Of a DNA stretch of 54,355 nucleotides, positions 18,359 to 29,000 are shown piece by piece (position 1 is the first letter of the stretch; the number at the start of each line of letters is the position of its first letter). Source of the stretch: an uncultured Clostridia bacterium (GTDB lineage: Bacteria; Bacillota; Clostridia; Christensenellales; UBA1242); NCBI GenBank assembly GCA_944383335.1, contig CALWPD010000004.1, forward strand, positions 1-54,355, written 5' to 3'. A program made the position numbers and the translations under genes. The notes beneath the pieces were generated by a model. That model had not been told where the DNA came from, searched no databases, and worked only from the letters and a program-made list of their open reading frames with translations.

Positions 18359-19327
18359 CTAACTGATTGCAGTATTGTGGCTTTGGTTGATAATATTTAA
18401 AAATACATCTTCAAGCGAATAATCAACATCACCGGCAGCATAAACAAGAACTTTCTTTTGTGTTAGCATAACAATCATTTGTGGCAAACTGTTTCTATTT
18501 TTTGCATTTATATAAACTTTATTTCCTTGAATTTTAACTTTTGCTTTAAAAAATTGCATTATTAGTTTTCCAGCGAAATTTGGAGCATTACACTTTATAA
18601 ACTGAGAGCCTGCTTGAAGGCAGCTGTGTTTAATTTCTTCCATTGTCTTGACTTGGATAATTTTGCCTTTGTCAATAATTGCGACAATATCGCACAAGTT
18701 TTCCATTTCGCTAAGTATGTGGCTTGATATCAAAATAGAAATTCCTTCTTTGTAAGCAAGTTGTTTAAGCATCATTCTGAATTCTCTAATACCATTTGCG
18801 TCAAGGCCATTTGTTGGTTCGTCAAGAATCAATAGTTTTGGATGGTTTAAAAGTGCTTGTGCAACCCCTAGACGCTGTTTCATACCAAGTGAATATTTGC
18901 CAACTTTGTCTTTAATTCTGTTACCTAGGCCTACAAGAGTTGCAACTTCCTCTATCCTTTTATTTGATACATTTCCAGAAAGTTTGGCAAAAAATTTTAG
19001 GTTATTATATCCTGATAGATAGGGATAAAAAACAGGAGTTTCAATCATTGCACCAACGTTTTTTATGGCTTTTTCAAATGCTGTCTTAACTGAATATCCA
19101 CAAATAAAAGCATTGCCAGAAGTTATATGAGCAAGTCCTGTTAGCATTTTGATAGTAGTGCTTTTTCCCGCACCGTTTGCACCCAAAAAACCCATAATTT
19201 GACCGGGAAAAACATTAAGCGATATGTTGTTTACCGCGACTCTGTTACCATACCTTTTGGTCAAATTGACAAGGCTTAATATTGGTTTTGTTACTTGTTG
19301 TTGACTTGGATTTATTTTTCTCTCCAT
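18359..19327 (-). CDS. ABC-2 type exporter ATP-binding protein (BcrA/YhcH-like)
   Basis: GANGAGKST, YSLGMKQRLG, LDEPTNGLD, SSH. Confidence 0.93.
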   Translation of the reverse strand: MERKINPSQQQVTKPILSLVNLTKRYGNRVAVNNISLNVFPGQIMGFLGANGAGKSTTIKMLTGLAHITSGNAFICGYSVKTAFEKAIKNVGAMIETPVFYPYLSGYNNLKFFAKLSGNVSNKRIEEVATLVGLGNRIKDKVGKYSLGMKQRLGVAQALLNHPKLLILDEPTNGLDANGIREFRMMLKQLAYKEGISILISSHILSEMENLCDIVAIIDKGKIIQVKTMEEIKHSCLQAGSQFIKCNAPNFAGKLIMQFFKAKVKIQGNKVYINAKNRNSLPQMIVMLTQKKVLVYAAGDVDYSLEDVFLNIINQSHNTAIS

Positions 19328-19876
19328 TTATTCCTCAATATCAATTAATGTTTCATATACATTTTCATAAATAATATGCGCTTTTTCTCGCCAAATGTTT
19401 GTTGCGCCTATTGCGCTCTGCCTTGAAGGAGCTTTTATTTTAATCTCAAACATAGGCTCATCAATGAGTGCAGATCTTATTTTTAAACACACAGTGTAAC
19501 TACCGTCAGAGTTTCTATCAATGGTGCTTACATATTCTTGAGAGCGTTTAAAGGCCATCCTATTTTCTTTTACGTATTCTGTGATTTGGTCTCTTAGATC
19601 TTTATCTATCCTTTCATAGAAGTGTGATAGACAATTTCTTCCAGTATAGGTTATTGTGTACCTATCTTCTTCACTATTTCCGTTTGTTTTATAAATAAAG
19701 CCCGCCTCAACAAGATTATAAATAATCTCCTTACACTCCATATAATTATTTATCCAATTATTTTTGCCGTAACAAATATCAATAATTGATTGTTCTGTTA
19801 AGGGAATTTCAATTTTCTCTAATACAAACAGCACAATAAGTTTATATAACGTTGTCTCTTGTTCACGGTTATCCAT
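19328..19876 (-). CDS. DUF4364-family winged-helix protein
   Basis: 'LYKLIVLFVL.K...PLT...I', 'Y.IT..G...L..F', and a C-terminal 'W......IY'. GTGGAG SD before MDNREQ (19876). Confidence 0.8.
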   Translation of the reverse strand: MDNREQETTLYKLIVLFVLEKIEIPLTEQSIIDICYGKNNWINNYMECKEIIYNLVEAGFIYKTNGNSEEDRYTITYTGRNCLSHFYERIDKDLRDQITEYVKENRMAFKRSQEYVSTIDRNSDGSYTVCLKIRSALIDEPMFEIKIKAPSRQSAIGATNIWREKAHIIYENVYETLIDIEE

Positions 19877-20012
19877 TTTATCTCCACTTTTGAAATATGA
19901 TATCACATTATATCGTAACTAGTCAAATATATATAAAAATAATGTAATTAATCAAAGGGGTTGAAATATAACTTGTCCTATGTTAAACTATTATAAACAC
20001 CAAGGAGAAAAT

Positions 20013-20801
20013 ATGTTAAGTGATAGGGCTTTAAGAAATGTTCAAGCTTGTCTAGCAAGTTGTGATGAACTTATAAATGGTAGATTTATTTTTGCCGAGA
20101 ATATTATTGCAAAAATTTTACAGAATATCAGCGACTCAAAAGAAATTTATGATTTGATAGCGGAATGTATGCAAAGCTTCAATTTTGATAGGGAGTTTAA
20201 TAGAGCAAAAGTTAAATTGCCAACAAAAGATGGATATTTTGTTATGCCGGACAGCAAAGCGATAGTGTTGCCATTGGTTTTTTGTATTTTTGTAGATATA
20301 AGAGATAAAAAACTAAACTTGCATGAATTTATCAAAAATTATTTCACCAGTGAAAATATGAATGAATTTGAAAATTTTGCCCAAACTGTTGTTGTTCCGT
20401 TTAAAGAAGCTATTGCATATTGTTTTGATTTGGATAATAATAAAAACCAACCTAAAAGTGAGGGAAAGTCAGATGTGCCAATTACAAATGATATATCCTT
20501 ACCAAATCATGTGGAGATTGAAGATGATCATAGTAATCTTTCAAAACTTATGAAAGATACGAGCATTATTTTAAAGCAAATGCAGGATGAACTTCATGCT
20601 GACAAAAAAACAAAAGAAAATCTTAAAAAAGACCTGGATTACTTTATATTGTGCATGCAAGACTGTATAAAAAAATTAGATATAAAAAACTTAAGTGCAT
20701 ATGTTGTAGGTTTGACTTACATGACTAACAAGGCACATTCATTAAGATTTTTAGTTTCTGACCTTAAACAAAAACTTGGAGAATATTATTCATTAAATTA
20801 A
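20013..20801 (+). CDS. Hypothetical protein
   Basis: Long ORF with AAGGAG SD before ATG 20013. No motif recognised. Confidence 0.7.
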   Translation: MLSDRALRNVQACLASCDELINGRFIFAENIIAKILQNISDSKEIYDLIAECMQSFNFDREFNRAKVKLPTKDGYFVMPDSKAIVLPLVFCIFVDIRDKKLNLHEFIKNYFTSENMNEFENFAQTVVVPFKEAIAYCFDLDNNKNQPKSEGKSDVPITNDISLPNHVEIEDDHSNLSKLMKDTSIILKQMQDELHADKKTKENLKKDLDYFILCMQDCIKKLDIKNLSAYVVGLTYMTNKAHSLRFLVSDLKQKLGEYYSLN

Positions 20802-21743
20802 CATTATTGCAAGCACAGCGCATATGATTGTGGAGAAAATCATATGTGTTGTTTTTTGTTTAATAAAGCAGCCATATGTTGTTATGTCTTTTAAAAATGC
20901 CATTGACTGCATAGTTGTGGATAACCCGCCAAAAGATATAATTGCACTTGAAAGAACCGTTTTTGCATATAAAGAGATTGGTAGAGCCGAAATATCAATA
21001 CAACCTTTTGTAATTTCAAGAAGTCCGCCTAAAGCTGCAGATGAAACATTTTCGTTAATTCCTAATTTTTTAAGGATAAAAACTATCGGGTAAAAAATGT
21101 TTAAACTATTTAAAATTTGAATAAGAATAAAAGCGATAGCTATTATTCCACCAATAAGTACTATAGAAAAAATGCTGTCCATAACGCAACTTGATAAAGT
21201 TGTATCACTATTTTCATTTTTTACAATATATGGAGTATCAGTTATTTTTGTTTTTTTACCTCTATACAAAAGTCCATTTAAAAGTGCACCGAGGATATGT
21301 GATGTATACAAAATATATCCTACCTGTGGAGAAAGTAACATACCAGTACCAACACTTCCCACAATAAACATGGGTCCTGAATTAGAAGTAAATGAGATGC
21401 ATTTTTTTGCCTCATCTTTTGAGAGCATATTGTTTTTGTATAAATCAGATATAAGTTTGCTTCCAACAGGATAGCCTGTGAGAATACTCATAATAAAAGC
21501 GTATGAAGAAATGGGTGGAGTGTGATATGTTTTATACATAAGTCTCCCGAATAAGCTAGAAGCATTTTTTACATATCCAAGAGATGTTAAAAGTTTTGTA
21601 AAAATAAAGAATGGCAATAAAGAAGGTAAAAGTACTGTAGACCAAATAGTTATTGCATTAAAACAAACATCAATATAAGTACTTGGAGATACAATTATTG
21701 CTATTAAAATTATCAATATTGCAATAGATAAAAACTTTTTCAT
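20793..21743 (-). CDS. ylbJ: Sporulation integral membrane protein YlbJ-like
   Basis: 'W..VLLPSLLPFFI', 'GYPVGSKL', 'N.GPMFIVGSVG', 'GLLEITKG', 'FGGLS...Q'. Confidence 0.85.
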   Translation of the reverse strand: MKKFLSIAILIILIAIIVSPSTYIDVCFNAITIWSTVLLPSLLPFFIFTKLLTSLGYVKNASSLFGRLMYKTYHTPPISSYAFIMSILTGYPVGSKLISDLYKNNMLSKDEAKKCISFTSNSGPMFIVGSVGTGMLLSPQVGYILYTSHILGALLNGLLYRGKKTKITDTPYIVKNENSDTTLSSCVMDSIFSIVLIGGIIAIAFILIQILNSLNIFYPIVFILKKLGINENVSSAALGGLLEITKGCIDISALPISLYAKTVLSSAIISFGGLSTTMQSMAFLKDITTYGCFIKQKTTHMIFSTIICAVLAIMLI

Positions 21744-21814
21744 AAAAACTTTTTGACAAAGTGTTTGTCGATATTGTACTATATGTAAGAAAGGTTTTAC
21801 TTAGAAGAGGGCAT

Positions 21815-22795
21815 ATGAATTTTTTTAAGTTCTTAAGAAAACAAGCAAGCAAATTTAAGAAAACAATAGTTTTTCCAGAAGTTGCTTTTTCAGATAGGGT
21901 TATGAAAGCGGTAATTTACCTAAAAAAACATAAAATTTGTGATGTTATTTTAATAGGCGATGAAAGTTCACTTATTATGCAAAATAAGGATTTAAAAGAT
22001 TATAGGATATTAAATCCAAAAACTTTTGAAAAAACAGCTGAGATGACAGATGAACTGTACAATGCAAGGAAACACAAAGGTTTGACGGCGGCTGAAGCAA
22101 AGGAACTTATTTTGGATCCATTTTATTTTGCTACAATGCTTGTAAAATTGGGGTATGCAGACGGAATGGTTGCGGGCGCAGAAGTTCCGACAGCTAAAAC
22201 TTTTAGGCCGGCACTTCAACTTTTAAAAGAAAATGAATTTGTTAGTTCTTTTATGTTAATAGTTGGAAAAAATAAATTGACTGATAATCCATTTGCACTG
22301 GCAGATTGTGGACTTGTTGTTGATCCTACGAGTGATGAGCTTTGTTCCATAGCTGAACGCACAGCATATGAGTATTCGAGGCTTACAAAAAATGTACCAA
22401 AAGTGGCATTCTTGTCTTATTCAACAACGGGCAGTTCAAAAGGAGTAAGCGTTGAAAAAGTCAAAAGTGCATATGATAAATTTGCAAGATTGCATAATGA
22501 TATTGATGCTCAAGGTGAAGTCCAACTTGATTGTGCACTTCTTGAAAATGTTGCCAAGACAAAACTTGGCGATAATGCCAAATACTATGGCAAAAATAAC
22601 GTATTGATATTTCCCGATTTAAATTCGGCAAATATATGCTACAAAGCAATTTCATATTTTGGAAAACTTTGTGCAGTCGGTCCAATCGCTGTTGGCTTTG
22701 CGAAACCTGTAAATGACTTGTCTCGCGGGGCAACGGTAGAGGATATTATAAATTTAACAGCAATCACAGTATTGCAATGTAAGGAGAAACAATGA
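21815..22795 (+). CDS. pta: Phosphate acetyltransferase
   Basis: 'IVFPE', 'ADCGL', 'VAFLSYST.GS', 'GEVQLDCA', 'IFPDLNSANI.YK', 'KPVNDLSRG'. Directly precedes ackA. Confidence 0.95.
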   Translation: MNFFKFLRKQASKFKKTIVFPEVAFSDRVMKAVIYLKKHKICDVILIGDESSLIMQNKDLKDYRILNPKTFEKTAEMTDELYNARKHKGLTAAEAKELILDPFYFATMLVKLGYADGMVAGAEVPTAKTFRPALQLLKENEFVSSFMLIVGKNKLTDNPFALADCGLVVDPTSDELCSIAERTAYEYSRLTKNVPKVAFLSYSTTGSSKGVSVEKVKSAYDKFARLHNDIDAQGEVQLDCALLENVAKTKLGDNAKYYGKNNVLIFPDLNSANICYKAISYFGKLCAVGPIAVGFAKPVNDLSRGATVEDIINLTAITVLQCKEKQ

Positions 22796-23988
22796 AAGTT
22801 TTAGTAATTAATGCAGGTAGTAGTTCATTAAAATATCAACTTTTTGATATGAACGGCGAAAAAGTTATAGCAAAAGGTAATTGTGAAAAAATTGGACTTT
22901 CGGACTCGTTTGTTGTATACAAAGGTAATGGTTTGGAAAAGGTAATTGATGTATATATGCCAACTCACACTGAAGCCATACAAGAAGTATTCAAAGTTTT
23001 AACGAGCCAAAATATTGGAGTTTTAAAATCTCTTGATGAAGTTGAAGTTTTTGGACATCGTGTACTTCATGGAGGTGAAATTTATAAAGACAGTGTGGTT
23101 GTAGATGATGAAGTTTTAAAAAATCTTGAAGACTTGAAACCACTTGGCCCACTTCATATGCCGGCCAATATTGCAGGTATTAGGGCTTGTATGAAACTTT
23201 GTCCAAATAAACCAAATGTTGCAGTTTTTGACACGGCATTTCACCAAACAATGCCTGACTATGCTTATCTTTATGGTCTTCCATATGAGGCATATAAAGA
23301 TTGGAAAATAAGGAAATATGGTTTTCACGGAACATCACATAAGTATGTTTCGGGCGAGCTTGCAAAATGCATAGGCAAACCTATAGAGGAGTTAAAACTC
23401 ATAACAATACATTTGGGCAATGGTTCAAGCGTTTGTGCTGTAAAAAATGGCAAAAGCATAGACACTTCAATGGGATTTACACCACTTGAAGGGCTTATTA
23501 TGGGTACAAGATGTGGTGATTTGGATGCTTCTGTTTTGGAATATATTTCAAATAAAACGGGTTGGACTATTGCCGAAATTACAAACTATTTAAACAAAAA
23601 AAGCGGTGTCCTTGGTATAAATGGTGTTTCATCTGATATGCGTGATAACAATGCCCAAATAGAAGCAGGTAACCAAAGAGCAAAATTAGTAATTGAGATG
23701 CTGGCATACAAAATAAAGAAATACATTGGTTCATATGCTGCCGCTATGGGGGGACTTGATGGTATTGCATTCACCGGTGGTGTAGGAGAGAATCAAGAAG
23801 ATGTTCGTGATTACAGCACATCTGACCTTGAATTCTTGGGAATTAAACTTGATAAAGAGAAAAATTATCATATTCCTCGTGGAACAGTTGAAGAATTGTC
23901 AACAAAAGATAGTAAGGTCAAAATCTATCGTATACCAACCAATGAAGAGTTAGTTATAGCGAGAGATTGCGTTAGACTTTGTAAATAA
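22792..23988 (+). CDS. ackA: Acetate kinase
   Basis: INAGSSSLKY, GHRVLHGG, FDTAFHQT, YGFHGTSH, MGFTPLEG, IPTNEEL. Confidence 0.98.
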   Translation: MKVLVINAGSSSLKYQLFDMNGEKVIAKGNCEKIGLSDSFVVYKGNGLEKVIDVYMPTHTEAIQEVFKVLTSQNIGVLKSLDEVEVFGHRVLHGGEIYKDSVVVDDEVLKNLEDLKPLGPLHMPANIAGIRACMKLCPNKPNVAVFDTAFHQTMPDYAYLYGLPYEAYKDWKIRKYGFHGTSHKYVSGELAKCIGKPIEELKLITIHLGNGSSVCAVKNGKSIDTSMGFTPLEGLIMGTRCGDLDASVLEYISNKTGWTIAEITNYLNKKSGVLGINGVSSDMRDNNAQIEAGNQRAKLVIEMLAYKIKKYIGSYAAAMGGLDGIAFTGGVGENQEDVRDYSTSDLEFLGIKLDKEKNYHIPRGTVEELSTKDSKVKIYRIPTNEELVIARDCVRLCK

Positions 23989-23999
23989 TAAAATTTTTG

Positions 24000-24028
24000 T
24001 TGACATAAATATAATTTGATATTATAAT
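24000..24028 (+). promoter_or_regulatory. Consensus sigmaA promoter of rpmF
   Basis: TTGACA-17-TATAAT. Confidence 0.85.
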
Positions 24029-24080
24029 ATAAAAGTTAAAAATACTGCCTTTATTGGCAAGTTGAATATAGGAGGATAAA

Positions 24081-24278
24081 ATGGCAGTTCCAAAACGCAA
24101 AGTGTCAAAGGCTAGAAGAAACACAAGAAATTCTGCAAATTTCAAGGCTACACCTGTTACACTTGTTGAGTGTCCAGAATGCCACGCACAAAAACAGCCA
24201 CATAAAGTTTGTCCACATTGTGGATACTATAATGGTAAGAAGGTCGTGGAGACAGAAAAGCAAGCCAAGGCAGAGTAG
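24081..24278 (+). CDS. rpmF: 50S ribosomal protein L32 (Zn-ribbon form)
   Basis: MAVPKRKVSKARR...CPEC...HKVCPHCGYY. Confidence 0.97.
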   Translation: MAVPKRKVSKARRNTRNSANFKATPVTLVECPECHAQKQPHKVCPHCGYYNGKKVVETEKQAKAE

Positions 24279-24380
24279 CTTTTATCAAAATTAAAAACAT
24301 GGCAAGTATATGTTTGTACTTGCTTTTTTCTATTATTTATATTATTATAATTGTTGGTATATTTCGCTTAGGAGTGTCTT

Positions 24381-25415
24381 ATGAAAATAGTTATCGATGC
24401 CTTTGGTGGCGACCACGCACCGGGTTGTGTGATTGATGGCACCTTAATGGCTCTTAAAAAATTTGATGACATTGAGATTGTTTTGACTGGAGACGAACAA
24501 AAGTTAAAAGCCATACTGAAAACAAAAAAATTTGATAGTTCAAGACTTAGTATAATAAATGCACCAGATGTTATAACAAATAATGATGTTCCAACCGATG
24601 CAATCAAACACAAAACGAATTCATCGCTCGTTGTTGCATTTGATTATTTAAAAAATAATGATGATTGTATTGCATTAATTAGTGCTGGTTCAACTGGCGC
24701 AGTTTTAACTGGCGGTTTTTTAAAAATTGGAAGAATTAAAGGCGTGTCTCGTCCCGCTCTTGCTCCATTTTTTCCAACAGCAAAAGGTGGTATGGTTTGT
24801 TTAATAGATTGCGGTGCAAATGTTGAGTGTAAACCAATAAATTTATGTCATTTTGCACTTATGGGTTCACTTTATTATAAAATTATGTTTGGAGTTGAAA
24901 ATCCAAAAGTTGCCTTACTTTCAAATGGAAGTGAAGAAAAAAAAGGGAACGATCTTTGCAAGGCAACATATCCACTACTCAAAAACCTCCCTATAAATTT
25001 TGTTGGAAATGTTGAGGCTAGATATTTTATGACCGGCGATGTTGATGTAATGGTTACAGATGGTTTTTCTGGAAACATTCTTTTAAAATCAGTTGAAGGC
25101 GCGGTAAAATTTACAACAAAAGTAGTAAAACAAGCAATGCTCAGTACAATTATCAGCAAAATTGGTGCACTGCTTTGCAAACGTTCTATTGGAAAAGTTA
25201 AGGACAAACTTGATTATAACAAGTATGGTGGTTCATTGTTTATAGGCTGTAAAAAAACTATTATAAAATCGCATGGTTCAAGTAAAGATGTTACAATTTG
25301 TGCGGCGATAGAACAAGCACGAAAGCTCGAAATAAATAAAGTAAACGAGCATATTAAAAATATGATCGAAAATATGCCACAATTAAATCTTGAGATTGGA
25401 GAACATAATGATTAA
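24381..25415 (+). CDS. plsX: Phosphate acyltransferase PlsX
   Basis: 'IDAFGGDHAP', 'SAGSTGA', 'RPALA', 'DCGAN', 'DGFSGN', 'KSHGSS'. Confidence 0.96.
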   Translation: MKIVIDAFGGDHAPGCVIDGTLMALKKFDDIEIVLTGDEQKLKAILKTKKFDSSRLSIINAPDVITNNDVPTDAIKHKTNSSLVVAFDYLKNNDDCIALISAGSTGAVLTGGFLKIGRIKGVSRPALAPFFPTAKGGMVCLIDCGANVECKPINLCHFALMGSLYYKIMFGVENPKVALLSNGSEEKKGNDLCKATYPLLKNLPINFVGNVEARYFMTGDVDVMVTDGFSGNILLKSVEGAVKFTTKVVKQAMLSTIISKIGALLCKRSIGKVKDKLDYNKYGGSLFIGCKKTIIKSHGSSKDVTICAAIEQARKLEINKVNEHIKNMIENMPQLNLEIGEHND

Positions 25416-26034
25416 AGTAAAAAATTATGTTTTCAAAGATGAAAACCTAATAATTCGTGCTCTCACACACTCTTCCTATAGTGATAACAATTATGAGAGA
25501 ATGGAATTTCTTGGCGATAGTATTTTGGACTTTCTAGTTGCAAAATATTATTTTAAACATTCAAACTATGATGAGGGTGTGCTTACAAAAATGCGTGCAC
25601 ACACTGTGTCGATGGTCAATTTAAGTCAGGTTTTTGATACATTACATTTGGCGGATTTAACAAAACTTGGTAAGAGTTGCAAATCACTTACAAAATCAAT
25701 AAAATGTGATATGTTCGAAGCCGTTGTGGCAGCAATATATTTGGATTCTGACCTTAAAACATGTGAAAATTTCGTATTTGAAAACATATTTTTAGATAAT
25801 GAAAAATCTCTTGAACTTTTGGATAGTAAATCTCGACTTCAAGAGTATGCACAAAAATACAATTTTCCCGTTTGTTATGAATTAATTAGCCAAACGGGGC
25901 TGGCACATAACCCTACATTTACTGTTCGTGCTAGCATGGGAGAATTTAGTGAAGTTGCTCAAAGCAATAATAAACAGATTGCAGAGAAACAAGCAGCACA
26001 AAAAATTCTTGACAAAATTGAGGAGAAAACATGA
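25408..26034 (+). CDS. rnc: Ribonuclease III
   Basis: 'ALTHSSY', 'NYERMEFLGDSIL', 'DMFEAVVAAIYLD', and a C-terminal dsRBD. GGAG SD before ATG 25408. Confidence 0.95.
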   Translation: MIKVKNYVFKDENLIIRALTHSSYSDNNYERMEFLGDSILDFLVAKYYFKHSNYDEGVLTKMRAHTVSMVNLSQVFDTLHLADLTKLGKSCKSLTKSIKCDMFEAVVAAIYLDSDLKTCENFVFENIFLDNEKSLELLDSKSRLQEYAQKYNFPVCYELISQTGLAHNPTFTVRASMGEFSEVAQSNNKQIAEKQAAQKILDKIEEKT

Positions 26035-29000
26035 ATTTTAAACAAATAGAACTTGCAGGCTTTAAATCATTTGCAGATAAAACTGTTATTAAGTTTGATT
26101 CTGGTATCACAGCCATTGTCGGACCTAATGGTTGTGGAAAAAGTAATGTTAGCGATGCCATACGCTGGGTACTTGGAGAACAAAGTAGTAAACTACTTCG
26201 TGGTTCCAGCATGCAAGATGTTATATTTAATGGTACTGAAAAACGAAAAAGTATGTCTTATTGTGAGGTTACTTTAATTTTTAATAACACAGATAGATAT
26301 TTTAATTATGACAACGACGAAGTAGCCATAACTCGTAAACTATATCGTAGTGGTGAAAGTGCATATCTAATCAATAGAACACCTGTAAGGCTCAAAGACA
26401 TTGTAAATCTTTTATATGATTCTGGTATTGGCAAAGATGGATATTCAATTATCGGTCAGGGCAAAGTTGATGAAATAATTTCATCAAAACCAGAAAACAG
26501 GCGTGCTATATTTGAAGACGCAGCAGGTATTTCAAAATTCAAGTCTAGAAAAATCGATGCTGAAAGAAAGTTGGAACGAACTCGGGACAACCTTTCCCGC
26601 GCGGGAGATATTTTGACAGAACTTGAAAGGCAAATGGGGCCACTTAAAAAGCAAGCAGAGAATGCTAAGATTTGGCTTGAATTAAAAGACAGATTAAAAG
26701 ATCTTGAAGTTAATACATATGTGTATAGTTATAATAATGCGAATGCAACAAAAAAACAAATAAACACAAAACTTAGTGCTATTGAAGAAGAACTTATTCA
26801 AAGACAACAAGACCTTTCGGCTTGCACAAAAAAATATGATGCAAACACAGAAGAAGTTAACAATATTGATGCAAATATAAATGCAAATCATGAGTCAATT
26901 CTTCATTTGACTGTGGAACTTGAGAAACAATCAGGTGAGGCGAATGTCATTCGTGAGCGCATAGCAAACCTTAACGAAACTAAGTCAAAGATAGGTATTG
27001 ACCTTTTAAATAGTACCAATATAATTCAAAAAGATAGTGCTGAATTAAAATTCAAAAAAGACAAATATGACGGAGTTGTTGAAAATCTTCAGAAGTTAAA
27101 TTTATCTTATGAGGAAATATCCAATGATTATTTAAGGGTTATGGATGAATTAAGCATGCATGAAGATCAAACTCAAGATTCTCAGCAGAAGATGATTGAC
27201 GCTCTTGATAAACTCACAGATATAAAAGCAAATTTCAGCAAGTATAAAGCAGAAAGAGATATGCTTAAAGATAACCTTGTTGAACTTTCTAATAGACTTG
27301 AAGATGTCAATAAAAGCGTTACTGATAAAACCAAAACAAAAGATGAAGTTGCAAACGAAGTTGTTAAGTTAAAAGCCAAACAGGATGAAGCAATTACGAA
27401 TTTAAATTCTGCGAGAGCGAAACAAGATCAATTAAAAACTGACATTCAAACGCTTCAGGAAGACCGCTATCGCATAAGTTCTAAAGTGCAAGTTTATGAA
27501 AATAGGAAAACACTTTTAGAGGAAATGCAAAAAGAATATGATGGATATTCTTATGCTGTAAAAAAACTTTTAAAAGAAAGTGAAAAAAATAGTGAAGTTA
27601 AGTCAAAAATGGTAGGTGTTTTGGCTTCACTCATAACTGTACCAGAAAAGTATGAAACTGCAGTGGAAATTGCACTTGGAAACGCAGTGCAAAATATTGT
27701 TACATTTGATGAACAAAATGCAAAAGATTTAATTTACTTTCTAAAGACCAACGAGTTTGGTCGTGCAACATTTTTACCAATAACAAAACTTAGACCAAGA
27801 GCAATAGCACAAGAAGACGCTAAAGCACTTACATTTAAAGGGTGTTTTGGTATTGCAAGCGACCTTATTTCATACGGCAATAATATAAAAAATGTCATAT
27901 CAAACTTACTTGGTACAACAATTATTGTTGATAACTTGGACACAGCAATAGCAATTTCAAACAAAACAAAACTTTCGTATAAAATCGTAACTTTGGATGG
28001 AGATGTAATCAATCCGCAAGGTTCGATGACAGGTGGTTCTAAAAAACATGAAGTTGCCAACTTAATTAGTCGAGATAGAGAGATCAAGACTTTAAATATT
28101 GAACTCACAAAATTAAAGAAAGAATTAGAGCAAAAAACATCAGATATCTTTAAATCTCAAAAAGAATATGAAGAATTAAAATTTGAAATAAATAAACTTT
28201 TTGATGTAAAAAATACAACAGAAATTAATTATGCAAAAGAAAATGAAAAATTGGCATCCTTCACATCAATTTTAAATAATGAGATAGAAGAACAAAAAAA
28301 TCTTGAAAGTCAATATAAATCAACTTCGATAAGGATTGAAACTCTGACTAGAGAACTTGAAAGTATTGATGAACTTGAAAGCACTGCACAAGAAAATAGA
28401 ACATCGGCAAACAAATTTATTGCTGAAAGACAGGCAAAGTATCAAGAGCTAAGCAAAAAGCGTGATGAGTTAAATGAAAATATGACTCGTGTAAAAGTTG
28501 AAATTGCCTCACTTGAAGCACAAAAAATTTCATTTGAACAAGATTTTGACCGTTTAAATGAAGAGATCAGAGTAAATAATGCCTTAAAAGTCAATTTCCA
28601 AAATGATATTGACAAACTTGATAAAACTATTTATGAAGCAGAAAATATAATAAAAGTACAAATTGAAACACAGGCGAATCAAGAGTCAAAAAACAAACTC
28701 AATAAACTGCGTGAGGAAATGCAAAATTATGAGTCTAAAAAGCAGAGTTTACAGAGTGAAATTCAAAAACTTAATGATCAAAAAATGCAAATCATGGACA
28801 ATATAACCAAGCTCAACGATAAACGCACAAATGCACAGCATCAACTTGAAAAAGTCGACATAGAAATTGAGCAGATGCAGGAAAGAATCTACGAAGAATA
28901 TTCATTAACATACACATCTTGTCAACAGTTTGTCCGTGCAGATTTTGATATGGACAAAGCAATGCCAGAGATTGCAGAAGTAAAGCGTGAAATATCTAAA

